Positions 21,460-32,715 of a stretch of DNA of 64,000 nt are shown here, one piece after another (position 1 is the first letter of the stretch; every line of letters starts with the position of its first letter). The position numbers and the translations under genes were made by a program. The notes under the pieces were generated by a model. It was not told the DNA's origin and did no database searches. It saw only the letters and a list, made by a program, of their open reading frames with translations. The stretch is from Myxococcota bacterium (GTDB lineage Bacteria; Planctomycetota; UBA1135): the NCBI GenBank assembly GCA_047638975.1, contig JBLINB010000001.1, forward strand, positions 50,981-114,980. The letters are read 5' to 3'.

Positions 21460-22391
21460 GCCAGGTCTTTTTCGGTCAAGTAGTTTTGCGCGTCAAGTGC
21501 AGCAGCGCAACCCATACCCGCAGCGGTTACTGCTTGGCGGTATATAGGATCGTGTACATCACCCGCAGCAAAAACGCCTTCGATTGAAGTGCGCGTGCCA
21601 TTCGTTACCTTGAGGTAACCGACATCGTCTTTCTCGAACTCTGCGCCCAAGAATTCGGTGTTAGGCTGATGGCCAATAGCCACGAACATGCCCTCGCACG
21701 CTAATTCTTCGGAGCCACCATCCTCGGTGTTTTCTAGTTTAACACCCGACACCTTTCCGTTTTCACCAGTGTAGATTTCTGAAACCTGACGCCATAGCTT
21801 GAATTCTATCTTCGCGTGAGCTTCAGCGCGGTCTTGCATCACTTTGGATGCCCTGAACACATCGCGGCGGTGAATGATTGTTACTTTAGACGCGAAACGT
21901 GTGAGGTAAAGAGCCTCTTCCATTGCGGTGTCGCCCGCACCCACAACGATGATTTCTTTATCGACAAAGAAAGCGCCATCACAAGTTGCACAAGCGGACA
22001 CACCGTACCCCATTAACTCGGATTCGCGTTCGATACCCAGCAATTTAGCGCGCGCACCAGTGGCAATAATGACGGTATGTGCCTCGTAGGTTCCGCCGAA
22101 ATCGTCTTCGAGGACGAAAGGACGCTTTGAAGTGTCGATGGACTTGATGTTTTTGAATTCGACAAACTCTGTGCCGAACTTCTCTGCCTGCTTACGGAAG
22201 CCAACCATCAAGTCTGGCCCTAAAACGCCATCAGGGAAACCTGGGTAATTCTCTACATCTGTAGTGATTGTCAACTGCCCGCCTGGCTGCATGCCTTCAA
22301 ACTGCAGCGGCTTGAGCCCTGCACGAGAATTGTAGATGGCAGCAGTGTAGCCTGCTGGACCCGATCCGATAATTGCGACGTTGTAAACCAT
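21456..22391 (-). CDS. trxB: Thioredoxin-disulfide reductase
   Basis: VAIIGSGPAGYTAAIY, CATCDG redox-active site and VVGAGDTAMEEA NADPH site. The start was trimmed to MVYNV. Confidence 0.9.
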   Translation of the reverse strand: MVYNVAIIGSGPAGYTAAIYNSRAGLKPLQFEGMQPGGQLTITTDVENYPGFPDGVLGPDLMVGFRKQAEKFGTEFVEFKNIKSIDTSKRPFVLEDDFGGTYEAHTVIIATGARAKLLGIERESELMGYGVSACATCDGAFFVDKEIIVVGAGDTAMEEALYLTRFASKVTIIHRRDVFRASKVMQDRAEAHAKIEFKLWRQVSEIYTGENGKVSGVKLENTEDGGSEELACEGMFVAIGHQPNTEFLGAEFEKDDVGYLKVTNGTRTSIEGVFAAGDVHDPIYRQAVTAAGMGCAAALDAQNYLTEKDLA

Positions 22392-22423
22392 TATGGGGGA
22401 TATTCTAGAATAGCCAGCACCAT

Positions 22424-23278
22424 ATGGAAACAAAGATACCTAACTCTTCTACAGTTGTCGTAACCGGCGCCTCTACTGGCATTGGTCACGCCACTTGCCT
22501 GGCGTTGGCGGCGCAAGGATTTACTGTTTATGCCGGCGTGCGCAAGCAAGTCGATTTTGACAAATGGGCTGGCGTTGAAAATATACGTCCGCTGATGCTC
22601 GACGTGTGCAATGCCGAACAGATCAAAGCGGCTGCGGCACAGGTTGCGAGTGAATGTATAGATGGCATTGATGGCTTAGTCAACAACGCCGGAATTGCAG
22701 TCGCCGCCCCACTAGCATGCATCCCGCTTGACGCCTTCGAGAAACAGATGGACGTCAACGTTACGGGCTTACTGCGCGTTAGCCAAGCGTTTATACCGCA
22801 GATGAAACGCGGCGCGCGTTTAGTAAATATGTCGTCGATGGCAGGCAAGATATCTTTTCCGGGGCTCGGGGCTTATCACGCTTCGAAGCATGCCGTTGAA
22901 GCGATCAGCGATACTTTACGTCTAGAATTGAAGAGCTCGGGCATCGCGGTCAGCGTCATTCAACCGGGGCGCATTGCCACGCCAATATGGACCAGCTCGA
23001 TTGACACGGCCTCTGAGATACTCAAGCGCATCCCGCAAGCTGCATTTGCACCGTACAAAAAACTGATGGACGCAGTCGCCCGATCGGTAAGCGGCGCCGA
23101 ACATAACGGCGCAGCGCCTTCTTTATGTGCCGAAGCTGTACATAAAGCATTAACGGCGCGGCGTCCGCGAAGTCGTTATGCGGTTGGACGTGATGCGAAA
23201 TTGTTGATGTTTTTGAAAAGATTTTTATTGAGTGATAAAATGTGGGACAAGTTGGTACTGAAGGACTTAAAATATTAA
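22424..23278 (+). CDS. SDR family oxidoreductase
   Basis: TGASTGIG Rossmann motif, and YHASKHAV is the catalytic YxxxK. Confidence 0.8.
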   Translation: METKIPNSSTVVVTGASTGIGHATCLALAAQGFTVYAGVRKQVDFDKWAGVENIRPLMLDVCNAEQIKAAAAQVASECIDGIDGLVNNAGIAVAAPLACIPLDAFEKQMDVNVTGLLRVSQAFIPQMKRGARLVNMSSMAGKISFPGLGAYHASKHAVEAISDTLRLELKSSGIAVSVIQPGRIATPIWTSSIDTASEILKRIPQAAFAPYKKLMDAVARSVSGAEHNGAAPSLCAEAVHKALTARRPRSRYAVGRDAKLLMFLKRFLLSDKMWDKLVLKDLKY

Positions 23279-23282
23279 TCAC

Positions 23283-24104
23283 ATGCCGCGCAACCGCACG
23301 AAAAAAGAATCCGATATCACTGCTAGCAATGCCGATCGTTACGCGCTGTATGAAGGCTCAGTTTATGACCCGGATGCCGACCACGACTTCTTGGTTGACA
23401 CTTATAAAGAACGTAATGGTAGTCGTCCGCTATTGCTGCGTGAAGATTTTGCCGGAACTTCGAAGCTTTCGTCACTTTGGGTACAACGTCATCGCAGTTC
23501 GCAAGCCTGGGCTGTAGATCTTGATCCCGAACCTTTAGCCTGGGGCAAAGAAAGGCATATCGATACGCTTAACGATGACGAACGCCAACGCGTTCTGCAA
23601 CTCGAAGAGAATGTGCTTGAGGTGCAGACTCCGAAAGTAGATGTGCTCACTGCGTTTAACTTTTCGTACTGGATTTTCAAAGAGCGTGCCATCATGCTCG
23701 ACTATTTCAAGAAAGCGCGCGCTGCATTAAATGAGGGTGGCATGTTTGCCGTAGATTTAATGGGCGGTCCAAGCACGCAATCAGAATGCGAAGAAATACG
23801 CGAAGAAAGTGGTTTCGAGTACGTTTGGCAGCAGAACAATATGTGTGCCATCAGTCACGATATTTTGTGTCATATCCACTTTCATTTTGACGACGGCACC
23901 AAAATGAACAAAGCCTTTACTTACAACTGGCGCTTGTGGTCACTGACAGAGCTGCGCGACATCATGCTTGACGCCGGCTTTACGTCGGTGGACACCCATT
24001 GGGAAGGCACCGACAAAGACGGCGACGGCGATGGCGTTTTCACTTTGCAAGACCATGCCGAAAACGAAGAGAGTTGGATCGCTTACTTGGTCGCTTGGGC
24101 CTAA
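23283..24104 (+). CDS. Hypothetical protein, possibly a class I SAM-dependent methyltransferase
   Basis: LLREDFAGTSKLS weakly resembles MTase motif I. The protein has an acidic DGDGDG C-terminal region. Confidence 0.3.
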   Translation: MPRNRTKKESDITASNADRYALYEGSVYDPDADHDFLVDTYKERNGSRPLLLREDFAGTSKLSSLWVQRHRSSQAWAVDLDPEPLAWGKERHIDTLNDDERQRVLQLEENVLEVQTPKVDVLTAFNFSYWIFKERAIMLDYFKKARAALNEGGMFAVDLMGGPSTQSECEEIREESGFEYVWQQNNMCAISHDILCHIHFHFDDGTKMNKAFTYNWRLWSLTELRDIMLDAGFTSVDTHWEGTDKDGDGDGVFTLQDHAENEESWIAYLVAWA

Positions 24105-24112
24105 GCGTTTTT

Positions 24113-25603
24113 CTACAAGTCGTAGGCCGAAGACACGCTATTTTTCAAGTGCTTTAATAGCGGCTCAGCACACAGTTCTTCTCCGGTAGCGCGTTTCAAC
24201 AATTCGAAGGTCGAATAGCGGCGTCCGTGCTGGTGAATGTTTTCGCGCAGCCACGCTAGTAATGGCGCGAACTCGCCTTTAGCGAACGAGGCTTGCAGGT
24301 TACCCAATTGCGCTTCGGCAGAACCATAAAGTTGTGCACAGATAATATTGCCCAGCGAATATGTTGGGAAATATCCGAAGGCACCCATGGCCCAGTGTAT
24401 ATCCTGTAAAACGCCATTCGACACATTGTCAGGCTTGATACCCAGCAACTCTTGATAGGTGTTATCCCACAGCTCGGGCAGATCGCTAACCTCTACTTGA
24501 TTGGCAAACAACTTGCGCTCGATTTCGAAACGCACTGCCACGTGCAAATTATATGTCGCTTCATCCGCTTCAACACGAATCAACGATGGACGGCTGGTGT
24601 TTTGCGCCTTGACCATTTGCTCAACGCTGCAATGTGCTTGATCCGGAAACGCCTTTCTAAAATGCGGCATGGCCCACTCCCAGAAACCTTCACTGCGCCC
24701 GACCATGTTTTCCCATAAGCGTGATTGCGATTCATGCATGCCCAAGCCAGTCGCAGTAAACAACGGAGTACGCGCCCACTCGGCGGGACGTCCTTGTTCG
24801 TATAGAGCGTGGCCGGCTTCGTGCATTACGCCGCTCAAGCCAGAGCGAAAATCGTTGTCGAGCCAGCGCCAAGTAATTCTTACATCGTCAGCGCCGAAAG
24901 TTGTGCAAAAGGGATGCGTCGTTGCATCGAGGCGCCCGGCATCGGTGTCATAACCTATCTTTTTCGCGATAAGCAGCGCAAACTCGCGCTGCGCTTCGGC
25001 CGAGAAGTTACCCATCGCACAGGTTTCATCGACTGGAGCTGCTTCAGAGGCAGCCAGAATAAGTGGAGCTAATTCTTTACGTAACCCTGCAAAAATAGGA
25101 TCGAGCTGCTTCTCGGTGACGCCCTCTTCGTAGAGATTTAGCATCGCATCGTAAGCAGGTATATCAGAGTTCAAGGCTGATGCTTTTTCACGGTTTAACT
25201 GAACTAATTCAGTGAGCTGCGTTTCGAACAACGAAAAATCGGACTCTTTACGCGCTTGCTGCCATGCGACCAATCCGCGTGACTCGGCTTCGGCGATTGC
25301 CGTTGCCAGACCTACAGGGATATTGCTGCCTTGCTTCACTTCGTAATCGGCACGCTTAACCTGCGCATGCTCGACACTGCCTTCATCCACTTCATCAAAG
25401 GCCAGCGCGATCGCTTCTTTCAATTCGGGTGCATTCAGTTTTGCATGACGCACGCCAGCTAAGGTCGATAGGATTTTCCCGCGCGCGGTGGCGCCTTTAC
25501 TTGGCATATACGTTTCTTGATCCCAACCAAGAACCGCGGTCGCGCCCTCGACATCAGAAATCTCACCCCACAGCGCCAGCATTTTATCGTAAAACTTCGT
25601 CAT
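24113..25603 (-). CDS. M32 family carboxypeptidase (carboxypeptidase Taq-like)
   Basis: HEAGHALYEQG zinc site and an overall M32 match. The start was trimmed to MTKFYDK. Confidence 0.85.
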   Translation of the reverse strand: MTKFYDKMLALWGEISDVEGATAVLGWDQETYMPSKGATARGKILSTLAGVRHAKLNAPELKEAIALAFDEVDEGSVEHAQVKRADYEVKQGSNIPVGLATAIAEAESRGLVAWQQARKESDFSLFETQLTELVQLNREKASALNSDIPAYDAMLNLYEEGVTEKQLDPIFAGLRKELAPLILAASEAAPVDETCAMGNFSAEAQREFALLIAKKIGYDTDAGRLDATTHPFCTTFGADDVRITWRWLDNDFRSGLSGVMHEAGHALYEQGRPAEWARTPLFTATGLGMHESQSRLWENMVGRSEGFWEWAMPHFRKAFPDQAHCSVEQMVKAQNTSRPSLIRVEADEATYNLHVAVRFEIERKLFANQVEVSDLPELWDNTYQELLGIKPDNVSNGVLQDIHWAMGAFGYFPTYSLGNIICAQLYGSAEAQLGNLQASFAKGEFAPLLAWLRENIHQHGRRYSTFELLKRATGEELCAEPLLKHLKNSVSSAYDL

Positions 25604-25614
25604 GTTTAATCCCG

Positions 25615-27486
25615 TTATTTTGTTGTTTGTACTACGTAACAATCGATTCCGATAGCTTTCTCGTCTAGGCTACGAAAGCCGATGGTATGCATTTCGCGCG
25701 CCATCATGCGCCTATCTCCTAATTCAATCAATCCGCTTACGCCATCAACTGTAGCATGGCAATCAATCACTTCGCCCATAGCCTTGCCGTCTACCAACAC
25801 TTGCACTTTGCCGTAATCAGGGCCGGTCATTAACTGCAATTTGAAGTCGAACTTACCCGAGTCGGGGATGCCAAAGTCAAAGATAATCGCTTGCGCAGAA
25901 TCGGATGGCGTCCATTTTGTGAACTGCATCGCGCTTACTTTAAGAGCACTCTCTACCAAAACAGTTTCGGTCGTAGAACCTTTAGACATACGCGGATTGA
26001 CATCATGCTCAGCTTCTGCAGCTCCTTCAATGACGAAAAAGCTTGGCTTTGGATTCGCTGCGTGTTGACGCTCTTCCACGCTGTACGTCTTTGCATCAAC
26101 AGCATGCGAGTCAAGGGTGCCGTACCACCAGGTGCTAAAGCTGTAATCCGTTTCTATTGTGTCCGCTAATTTAAGCTGTGGGTTATATTCTATTCCGCTA
26201 AGCGATGTTGGCCCAGCGATGTTGTACCAACGCAAGAAACTATTATTTCCGAAGACTCCGGGGCCTTCGCGCAACAAGACTTGCTCGCTATGGGCGATCG
26301 ATGGCAAGTTATTAATCCCGGCAAAAGCGAAATCGTTATCTTGCGCGACAGGCTGGCTACTTGGCGATGTAAAAGAGAACATCGAGCCGATTAAGCGCAC
26401 CACGCCGTCTACCTTTAACTGTGCTACATCAGCGACATCACTACCCACTGCGCGAGAAAAGTTAGAGTGCAAAGTGAGTGGCGGCACCATGCTTAATGGC
26501 AGCCTGTCGACGCCAGCCGTCATTACGAAGCGCGCTGGTGCTACGATATCACTCGCAATGCTTAAACGGATATTGTCTCTGTACGGGATCGGTAAGCGAC
26601 AATAAAAAGTCTGTGTTTGCTCGTTGTACCCCAATAAATAATTATTACTAGGATTTGCTCCGCGGTAAGAGCCAAAGAAATCGCCGAGTGGTATTTCGGC
26701 AATTGAGGTTGCTTCGTCTTCTATAGTGCTGCAACCATGCTCAATGCGCAGCACTAGCGAACGCATCAATTCTTCGATTTGCGCGGGTGCCTCTTTATGA
26801 ATAAAGCGCAACTCGAACCAGCGCATGACGCCCGCACCACGAATGATCCATCTAAATTCGCCATTGGTACTTGACGGTGGCAATTGAGGCGACCTTAGAT
26901 ATGCGGCACCCGTTTTCTTTGGGTTGGGGTTGGCTAAGGCTAGAGGAGGACGGTTTTCGACAAGCACGGTCACTGCGCGGTTAATCAAATTACGCTTACC
27001 TCGCAAAAACTTGTTACTGCTATCAGGCAAAACGATGTCGGCGCCTGGATACCAGACGTCGAGATCGAGGCGGCTGGCTGACTTTGCGCGTAGCACTAAG
27101 GTTGCGTCTTTAGCGATGGTCAGTGGCAGAGAAATTACGCTGGCATTACCAAGATTGGCTGCCAAGGGTGCTGCAACTAACTTAGACATATCGCTTAAAT
27201 CTACGTTCAGCTGTTGCTCAGACCCAAAATCAATGACAAAGTTGCCGTCTGTAGCATCAATGTAAACTCGGGTGATTACCGCTGGGCCATGAATAGTGTA
27301 TTCCGTGACTCCGTCTACTACTGTCAACTGTAGCCGTTCGCTGCGTTCATCAGCACTGGGCATCTCGCACAGGTAGCGCAAATCGTAGGTACGCTCTAGG
27401 AGTTGTGAGTAACTCACCTCTTGAACTTGAGCCGAGGCACTAAGTAGAGAGAAGCTATAAGTCAAAGACATGAGAAAACTAATCAT
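25615..27486 (-). CDS. Secreted protein of unknown function, possibly DUF2961/GH172-like
   Basis: Signal peptide MISFLMSLTYSFSLLSASAQ. About 620 aa with no metal or catalytic motif that I can assign. The family call is a recollection, not verified. Confidence 0.3.
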   Translation of the reverse strand: MISFLMSLTYSFSLLSASAQVQEVSYSQLLERTYDLRYLCEMPSADERSERLQLTVVDGVTEYTIHGPAVITRVYIDATDGNFVIDFGSEQQLNVDLSDMSKLVAAPLAANLGNASVISLPLTIAKDATLVLRAKSASRLDLDVWYPGADIVLPDSSNKFLRGKRNLINRAVTVLVENRPPLALANPNPKKTGAAYLRSPQLPPSSTNGEFRWIIRGAGVMRWFELRFIHKEAPAQIEELMRSLVLRIEHGCSTIEDEATSIAEIPLGDFFGSYRGANPSNNYLLGYNEQTQTFYCRLPIPYRDNIRLSIASDIVAPARFVMTAGVDRLPLSMVPPLTLHSNFSRAVGSDVADVAQLKVDGVVRLIGSMFSFTSPSSQPVAQDNDFAFAGINNLPSIAHSEQVLLREGPGVFGNNSFLRWYNIAGPTSLSGIEYNPQLKLADTIETDYSFSTWWYGTLDSHAVDAKTYSVEERQHAANPKPSFFVIEGAAEAEHDVNPRMSKGSTTETVLVESALKVSAMQFTKWTPSDSAQAIIFDFGIPDSGKFDFKLQLMTGPDYGKVQVLVDGKAMGEVIDCHATVDGVSGLIELGDRRMMAREMHTIGFRSLDEKAIGIDCYVVQTTK

Positions 27487-27650
27487 GCCAAAGTCTACCA
27501 TGTCACAGAACCTAAGCGAGACAATTGCTCGGTGCTTTGAGCTCAATCTTAGCCCATAACGGCAAGGGCCCCATCATTGCAACGGGCCTAGAAGCCCTGG
27601 TTGCCCAAAGCCTCTAGACCCAAGAGTAGTTTATGGAAAAAAGACTACCC

Positions 27651-30518
27651 TTATTCTGTTGCTGATTTTGGTGTTACCACGAGGTAACTAGCTTTTTCTG
27701 GCTGCAAGTATTCTGCGGCCAACGCAGATAAATCTTCGACTGAGATGGATGAGTAGAACTCTTCGATAGTTCGCAAGCTATGCAAACCTTCGGAGTTAGA
27801 TTGTGCATCATCGATACTGTTCAACCAAAAGCCATTCGTGCGCATTGCGTCACGTACCTGGTTAAGTAGAGGTTCGGATAAACGGTCAACCTCGTCTTGA
27901 GTCACACCGTTTTCAGCAAGATTTTGGGCAACGCCTAAACAAGCCTCAATCAGTACATCGACCTCGGCCGGATCACCTGCTGCCTGAATCACGATACCGC
28001 CCAAACCTTCAAACACCGTTGAGCCTTGTCCAGCCGCCCCAGGAGAATAAGCCGCCCCCAGGCGTTCGCGCACCTCTAGACGTAGTCGGTCGTCGACTAC
28101 CTTGCCCAAGAACATCAAGTTACGGCGACGTGCGTCATCAAAGCCATCGCATGCCCCAAAGTACATCATTAAATTAGCCTTTTCATCGGCCGTTTCGATA
28201 CTGCGTTCGAGCTTTACGCCCGGCCGAATGAAGACCCCCTTAGCCAAAGCACTTAAATCTTGTACCGCACGGCGTTGTGGCATCGCACCAAAGGTTTGCG
28301 CGGCATACTGAATGACCTCCGCCACATCAACGTCGCCCACGACACTCACCTCAAGCGGCGCGGCGGCGAACAACGGCGCAAGCAGTGCTTCAATTTGCTG
28401 CATATCGACAGCGCTTATTTCATCGCTGCTCGGCATGGCATTAAGCCCAAGGATTGAAGCGCGTTGATAGCCTTCAAGCACTGCAGGCACGAAGTCAAAA
28501 GCCAGCGGCCCACCGACACTATGCTCTAGCTGCTGATAAATCATCGGCAACTGCTTCTTAAACATTTCAAGCATCTCTGGACGGTATCCGGAATGCTCGA
28601 TTGAAGCGACCATCAGCTCGAACTGCAACAATAAGTCTTCGCTAGTTGTTTGTCCGGAAAAACCGAAGGAATCTTCTTTGATTGCGAGGCCAGTGCCGAC
28701 TTGCTTGCCGGCAAATAAGCGGCGCATGTCGTCGACACTATGCTCTGTCAAACCGCCGCCATCGAAAGCAATACCAGCCACTGCTGCCACCACAAAAGAC
28801 TCGAGTGGCACAGACAAGATGCCCTCGCCCAAGCGCGAAGTTATTAGAATTTGGTTAGCCTTGAAATCGGTTTTTTTAATGTTTAGCAGAACGCCATTAG
28901 ACAATTCAACAGCCCAAAGATCTAAATCTTCGATGTGCTTCTGCGCAACAATGGTACCGGCATTTTCTGCGGATGAAGCATAGGCAAATGGCTTCAATTC
29001 TTTCTCGCCAATGCGCTGCGGCTTCACCTTTTTAGCTACAGCATAGGCGTCGAGAAACTGCTGCTTTGCGTCGTCTAGTTCAAGATTTCCGGCACCATTA
29101 ATCGACAGAGTTCCGTCACGCCAATTGTCACGCAAAGCATTTAGACAAGCGTCGACCGTCAACCCTTGCAAGATAGGACCATACATTTTCAAATCATAAG
29201 CAGCATCAGTCGGGATTTCGCCCGTTTCGATTTCTGCCAAAATCGCCTCACGCAACCCAGCACTAGATGCTGTAGCCTCGCGTGCAACCGATTCTGTAAG
29301 CGAGCGCATTAAATTAGCACGCACTTCGTCGAGTTCGGCTTGCTGAAAGCCGAAATTAAGTGCTACACGCAATTCTAAATAAGCTTGCGTAAAAGCTTCT
29401 TGCCAATCTTCTGGGCTACACGCTATAGACAATTCGCCGCCTTCAAAAACATGCATGCCGCCAGCATTGCCAACAGATGCCGACAAATAATCCGTTTCAG
29501 GCAGCTTCACTGCCTCGGAATAGCGTTGGCTCAACATCGCATGTGCCACCATCAAAGCCAAGTCTTGAGAGCGCGCAGAGACCGTGTCGGCACGCTGTGC
29601 GTATGGCTTGAGATTAGACATCTTCAATTGCAATACCGGAATCTCTTCGTCGCTGACCATGAAAAATAAATCATCGAGAGCAGGTTCGCCCATCACTGGT
29701 TCGGCGTCAACAGGGGTACCTGGACCATCGAAATCAGCAAAGAACTCGTTCATTAACTCTTCGGGGTTATATCCACGCAAATCACCGACGATGACCATAG
29801 TCATATTTTCAGGACGGTACCACTTGTCATAAAATTCGCGTACCGACTCACCGCTGAATGCATCGCGTACTTTCTTGGTACCAATGGGTAAACGTTTGGC
29901 CAACAAGGTGCCTTTGTATTGTCGCTCGAGCCCTTCGACAAGTACGCGATAGCCAGCAGAATCGCGTTCGCGTTGCTCGCCATCGATGACTCCTTTTTCG
30001 GACTGCACTTCGTCATCGGAGATTAACATGCCACCAGCAAAATCACGCATAACCAACAAGCCTTCGCGCAGTGTTTTCTCATCGCGATTGGGTAAGTCTA
30101 GTTTATAAACAGTTTCGGAGAAAGCAGTGTGCGCATTGGTGTCGGCGCCAAAGCTCATGCCATGATCTTGAAACCACTCGATCAAAGTACCTGCAGCGAA
30201 ATTCTCGGAGCCATTAAAGGCCATGTGTTCAAGGAAATGCGCCATACCAGCCTGACTATCCGTTTCGCCAAACGAACCCGCATCAACATGCAAGCGCAAG
30301 TAGACACGATCTTCTGGCTTAGGCAAATCAGCCCATGCAAATCGCATACCGTTAGCAAACGAACCATAATGGATGCGTTTGTCTACTTCAAGGTCGGAAG
30401 AAGCGTGTGCCCAGGCATTGGTGCTCTGTGCAGGACGCGTTTCTTGCGCGAACAAGCCTGCTGAAAAGCTAAGTGCAGCAATTATAAAAACTATTGGTTG
30501 GCTAATTTTCATGGTCAC
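27651..30518 (-). CDS. M16 family (pitrilysin/insulinase-like) zinc peptidase with two M16 halves, secreted
   Basis: Signal peptide, HFLEHMAFNG (inverted HxxEH zinc motif) and about 955 aa. Confidence 0.85.
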   Translation of the reverse strand: MTMKISQPIVFIIAALSFSAGLFAQETRPAQSTNAWAHASSDLEVDKRIHYGSFANGMRFAWADLPKPEDRVYLRLHVDAGSFGETDSQAGMAHFLEHMAFNGSENFAAGTLIEWFQDHGMSFGADTNAHTAFSETVYKLDLPNRDEKTLREGLLVMRDFAGGMLISDDEVQSEKGVIDGEQRERDSAGYRVLVEGLERQYKGTLLAKRLPIGTKKVRDAFSGESVREFYDKWYRPENMTMVIVGDLRGYNPEELMNEFFADFDGPGTPVDAEPVMGEPALDDLFFMVSDEEIPVLQLKMSNLKPYAQRADTVSARSQDLALMVAHAMLSQRYSEAVKLPETDYLSASVGNAGGMHVFEGGELSIACSPEDWQEAFTQAYLELRVALNFGFQQAELDEVRANLMRSLTESVAREATASSAGLREAILAEIETGEIPTDAAYDLKMYGPILQGLTVDACLNALRDNWRDGTLSINGAGNLELDDAKQQFLDAYAVAKKVKPQRIGEKELKPFAYASSAENAGTIVAQKHIEDLDLWAVELSNGVLLNIKKTDFKANQILITSRLGEGILSVPLESFVVAAVAGIAFDGGGLTEHSVDDMRRLFAGKQVGTGLAIKEDSFGFSGQTTSEDLLLQFELMVASIEHSGYRPEMLEMFKKQLPMIYQQLEHSVGGPLAFDFVPAVLEGYQRASILGLNAMPSSDEISAVDMQQIEALLAPLFAAAPLEVSVVGDVDVAEVIQYAAQTFGAMPQRRAVQDLSALAKGVFIRPGVKLERSIETADEKANLMMYFGACDGFDDARRRNLMFLGKVVDDRLRLEVRERLGAAYSPGAAGQGSTVFEGLGGIVIQAAGDPAEVDVLIEACLGVAQNLAENGVTQDEVDRLSEPLLNQVRDAMRTNGFWLNSIDDAQSNSEGLHSLRTIEEFYSSISVEDLSALAAEYLQPEKASYLVVTPKSATE

Positions 30519-30641
30519 ATATCCTACGCTAACCGAGCACCGACGTTAGCCTATTTAGAATCAGACTCGCAATTCCTTCGGGTTCGGGTCATAGTTCTTA
30601 AACTTGTTGTGCTGCTACCATGATGCTATTCTAAGTAAATC

Positions 30642-31181
30642 ATGTTGAAGACACTCATTCCAATCGTTGCCCTTTTATTCTCTGCCTGCGGCGTTGCCAC
30701 TCAGCCTTCAGGCATGGCCGACATTGAGCACCAAGCCTTTTATGAGATGAGTGTCGAAAATCACACCCTAGCCATAGACCGTAATGGGATTGCCAGTTTC
30801 GCTTCTGCAGCTATCGATGCCCAGCTACAGCCGCGCTTGGCCGCCGCCTTTGCCGAAGCTAAAGCTCCTGGCTATCCTCTCATCGGACGCGATCATGCGA
30901 ATTGGGTGCGCCAAATCGATGTTGCCCCTAGCAGCGAGAGCGGCAAATACAGCGTTACGTCTAAAGGCTTAGCACCCTACCCGATTCGCTTGAGTTTAAT
31001 CAAGCACACCGCTGACGGAGACATGCTAATCACGCGCATCGATTCAGCCCCCTGGAATGCCGGCACTCATTTTGCGATGCTCTCTAAAGATATAGCATTG
31101 CAGCACGGCGACGTATTAATCGTGCGCCACGAAGGAGCAAAACAAGGTTTTGATTCGATCGTTACAGTTTCTCTAAGATAA
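30642..31181 (+). CDS. Lipoprotein, function unknown
   Basis: MLKTLIPIVALLFSAC lipobox. Confidence 0.45.
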   Translation: MLKTLIPIVALLFSACGVATQPSGMADIEHQAFYEMSVENHTLAIDRNGIASFASAAIDAQLQPRLAAAFAEAKAPGYPLIGRDHANWVRQIDVAPSSESGKYSVTSKGLAPYPIRLSLIKHTADGDMLITRIDSAPWNAGTHFAMLSKDIALQHGDVLIVRHEGAKQGFDSIVTVSLR

Positions 31182-32715
31182 ACAGTAACTGCACATCAGG
31201 GTCGATCTGTAAATCGTGTGCACCATCTTTGAAAGAGAAGACTTGCTTACCCGTGCCTTTTATCTCCAGCACTTGGTCGATTTCTTCATCCTCAGAATTG
31301 AGGTAGCGTACTCGTAAACTCAAACGGTAATCGGTGACAGCTTGATCAACAATTATCGAAGCCGTTTCAGCATCGATGAACACCTTCAAGCTTGGGCAAC
31401 CAGGACGGCGCAGCCATTGCTCGAAGAACCAATTCAAATCGCGCTCGCATACTTCTGTAAAACTGTCGACTAACTGCTGAGTAACGACTGCTTGCTCTTT
31501 ATTGCTTTCGTAGTAATCGCGCACACTTGCAAAAAACAGCTCGTCGCCGACCTCTTGCCTTAACATGTGCAGCACCCAAGCACCTTTTTGATAAGTATTC
31601 GAAGCGTAGCGCCCGAAGAAATCTTCTGATGAGCTAAACGCGTCATCAACAATTGGTTTTACATGCGCTGATTTGGCGCGTAGCCAGCGTGAACGCGCGG
31701 CACGCATTGAGTCTGTGAGATTGGCTTTGCCTATGACCTCATGCAGGATGGGGCCTATATAACTAGCAAAACCTTCTGACAACCATGCGTCTTCCCAGTG
31801 CGCGTAACCCACTCCGTCGCCAAACCACATATGCGCAAATTCATGCGCCATAGTGCCGACACCACCCCCCTTATATTGAAAAATCTTTTGCGACAACCAC
31901 ACGTTTCCGGGATATTCCATGCCACCCCAGCGCGTCGGTATTTGCACAGTAGTGAATTTAGCGTACAGGTATGCACCAAATTTATCTTCCATCCACTTCA
32001 TCCAAGTCGCATGATGGATTAAGTAATCAGCTGCAACTTCAGCATCTTGTGGGAAGACAAAGTGCGGCAGAAAACGCTCGTCGCCACCTTCGTCAACACG
32101 CGCAAATGGCCCAGCGGCAAAAGCGAATAAGGATGGCGGTATCTGCGATTGGGTTTGCCCATGACTTAGCGTGCCACCGCTCTCTAACTTTTCTGTAGTC
32201 CATTTACCCGAACCTACTGCGCTCCAGCCAGCAGGTGCTGTCAGTTCTAATGAGAAATGAGCGCGATCAGCATTTGAATCTTCGCACGCTAGCCAAGCAC
32301 GAGTACGCGACGGGAATCCATCGCTAAAGAAGTAAGTGTCACCGCGGTAGTTGCGCTCGCGATATAAACCGTCGGCGGGCCATCCTGAGAACTCTGAGGC
32401 AAAAGTGATGTCGTCGCCAAGGTTAGCTGTGGACGGCAACGCTATCTGATATTGATACGCGTTTGATTCTACTTTAAGTGGCTGGCCGTCAAGATGTGTA
32501 AAGTGAACGTCAAAGCCTTCGTGCGCAGTACGGTCGAGGTAGATTACGTCTAACTTTGCCAAAGCCTTGAAGTGGTATTTGACACTACCTGCCACTTTAC
32601 CGTTCGGCAAAATGTCTAACTTGATGTCGTAAGCAATCGCATCTTGGTGAGGATAGTCAGCGAAGCTAGGCTCGGCTTGCTGCGAGCACACTATCAGTAG
32701 AGATGTAAATAACAT
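31162..32715 (-). CDS. M1 family aminopeptidase
   Basis: HEFAHMWFGDGV...WLSEGFASY gives the HEXXH-X18-E gluzincin signature. Confidence 0.85.
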   Translation of the reverse strand: MLFTSLLIVCSQQAEPSFADYPHQDAIAYDIKLDILPNGKVAGSVKYHFKALAKLDVIYLDRTAHEGFDVHFTHLDGQPLKVESNAYQYQIALPSTANLGDDITFASEFSGWPADGLYRERNYRGDTYFFSDGFPSRTRAWLACEDSNADRAHFSLELTAPAGWSAVGSGKWTTEKLESGGTLSHGQTQSQIPPSLFAFAAGPFARVDEGGDERFLPHFVFPQDAEVAADYLIHHATWMKWMEDKFGAYLYAKFTTVQIPTRWGGMEYPGNVWLSQKIFQYKGGGVGTMAHEFAHMWFGDGVGYAHWEDAWLSEGFASYIGPILHEVIGKANLTDSMRAARSRWLRAKSAHVKPIVDDAFSSSEDFFGRYASNTYQKGAWVLHMLRQEVGDELFFASVRDYYESNKEQAVVTQQLVDSFTEVCERDLNWFFEQWLRRPGCPSLKVFIDAETASIIVDQAVTDYRLSLRVRYLNSEDEEIDQVLEIKGTGKQVFSFKDGAHDLQIDPDVQLLFILEKL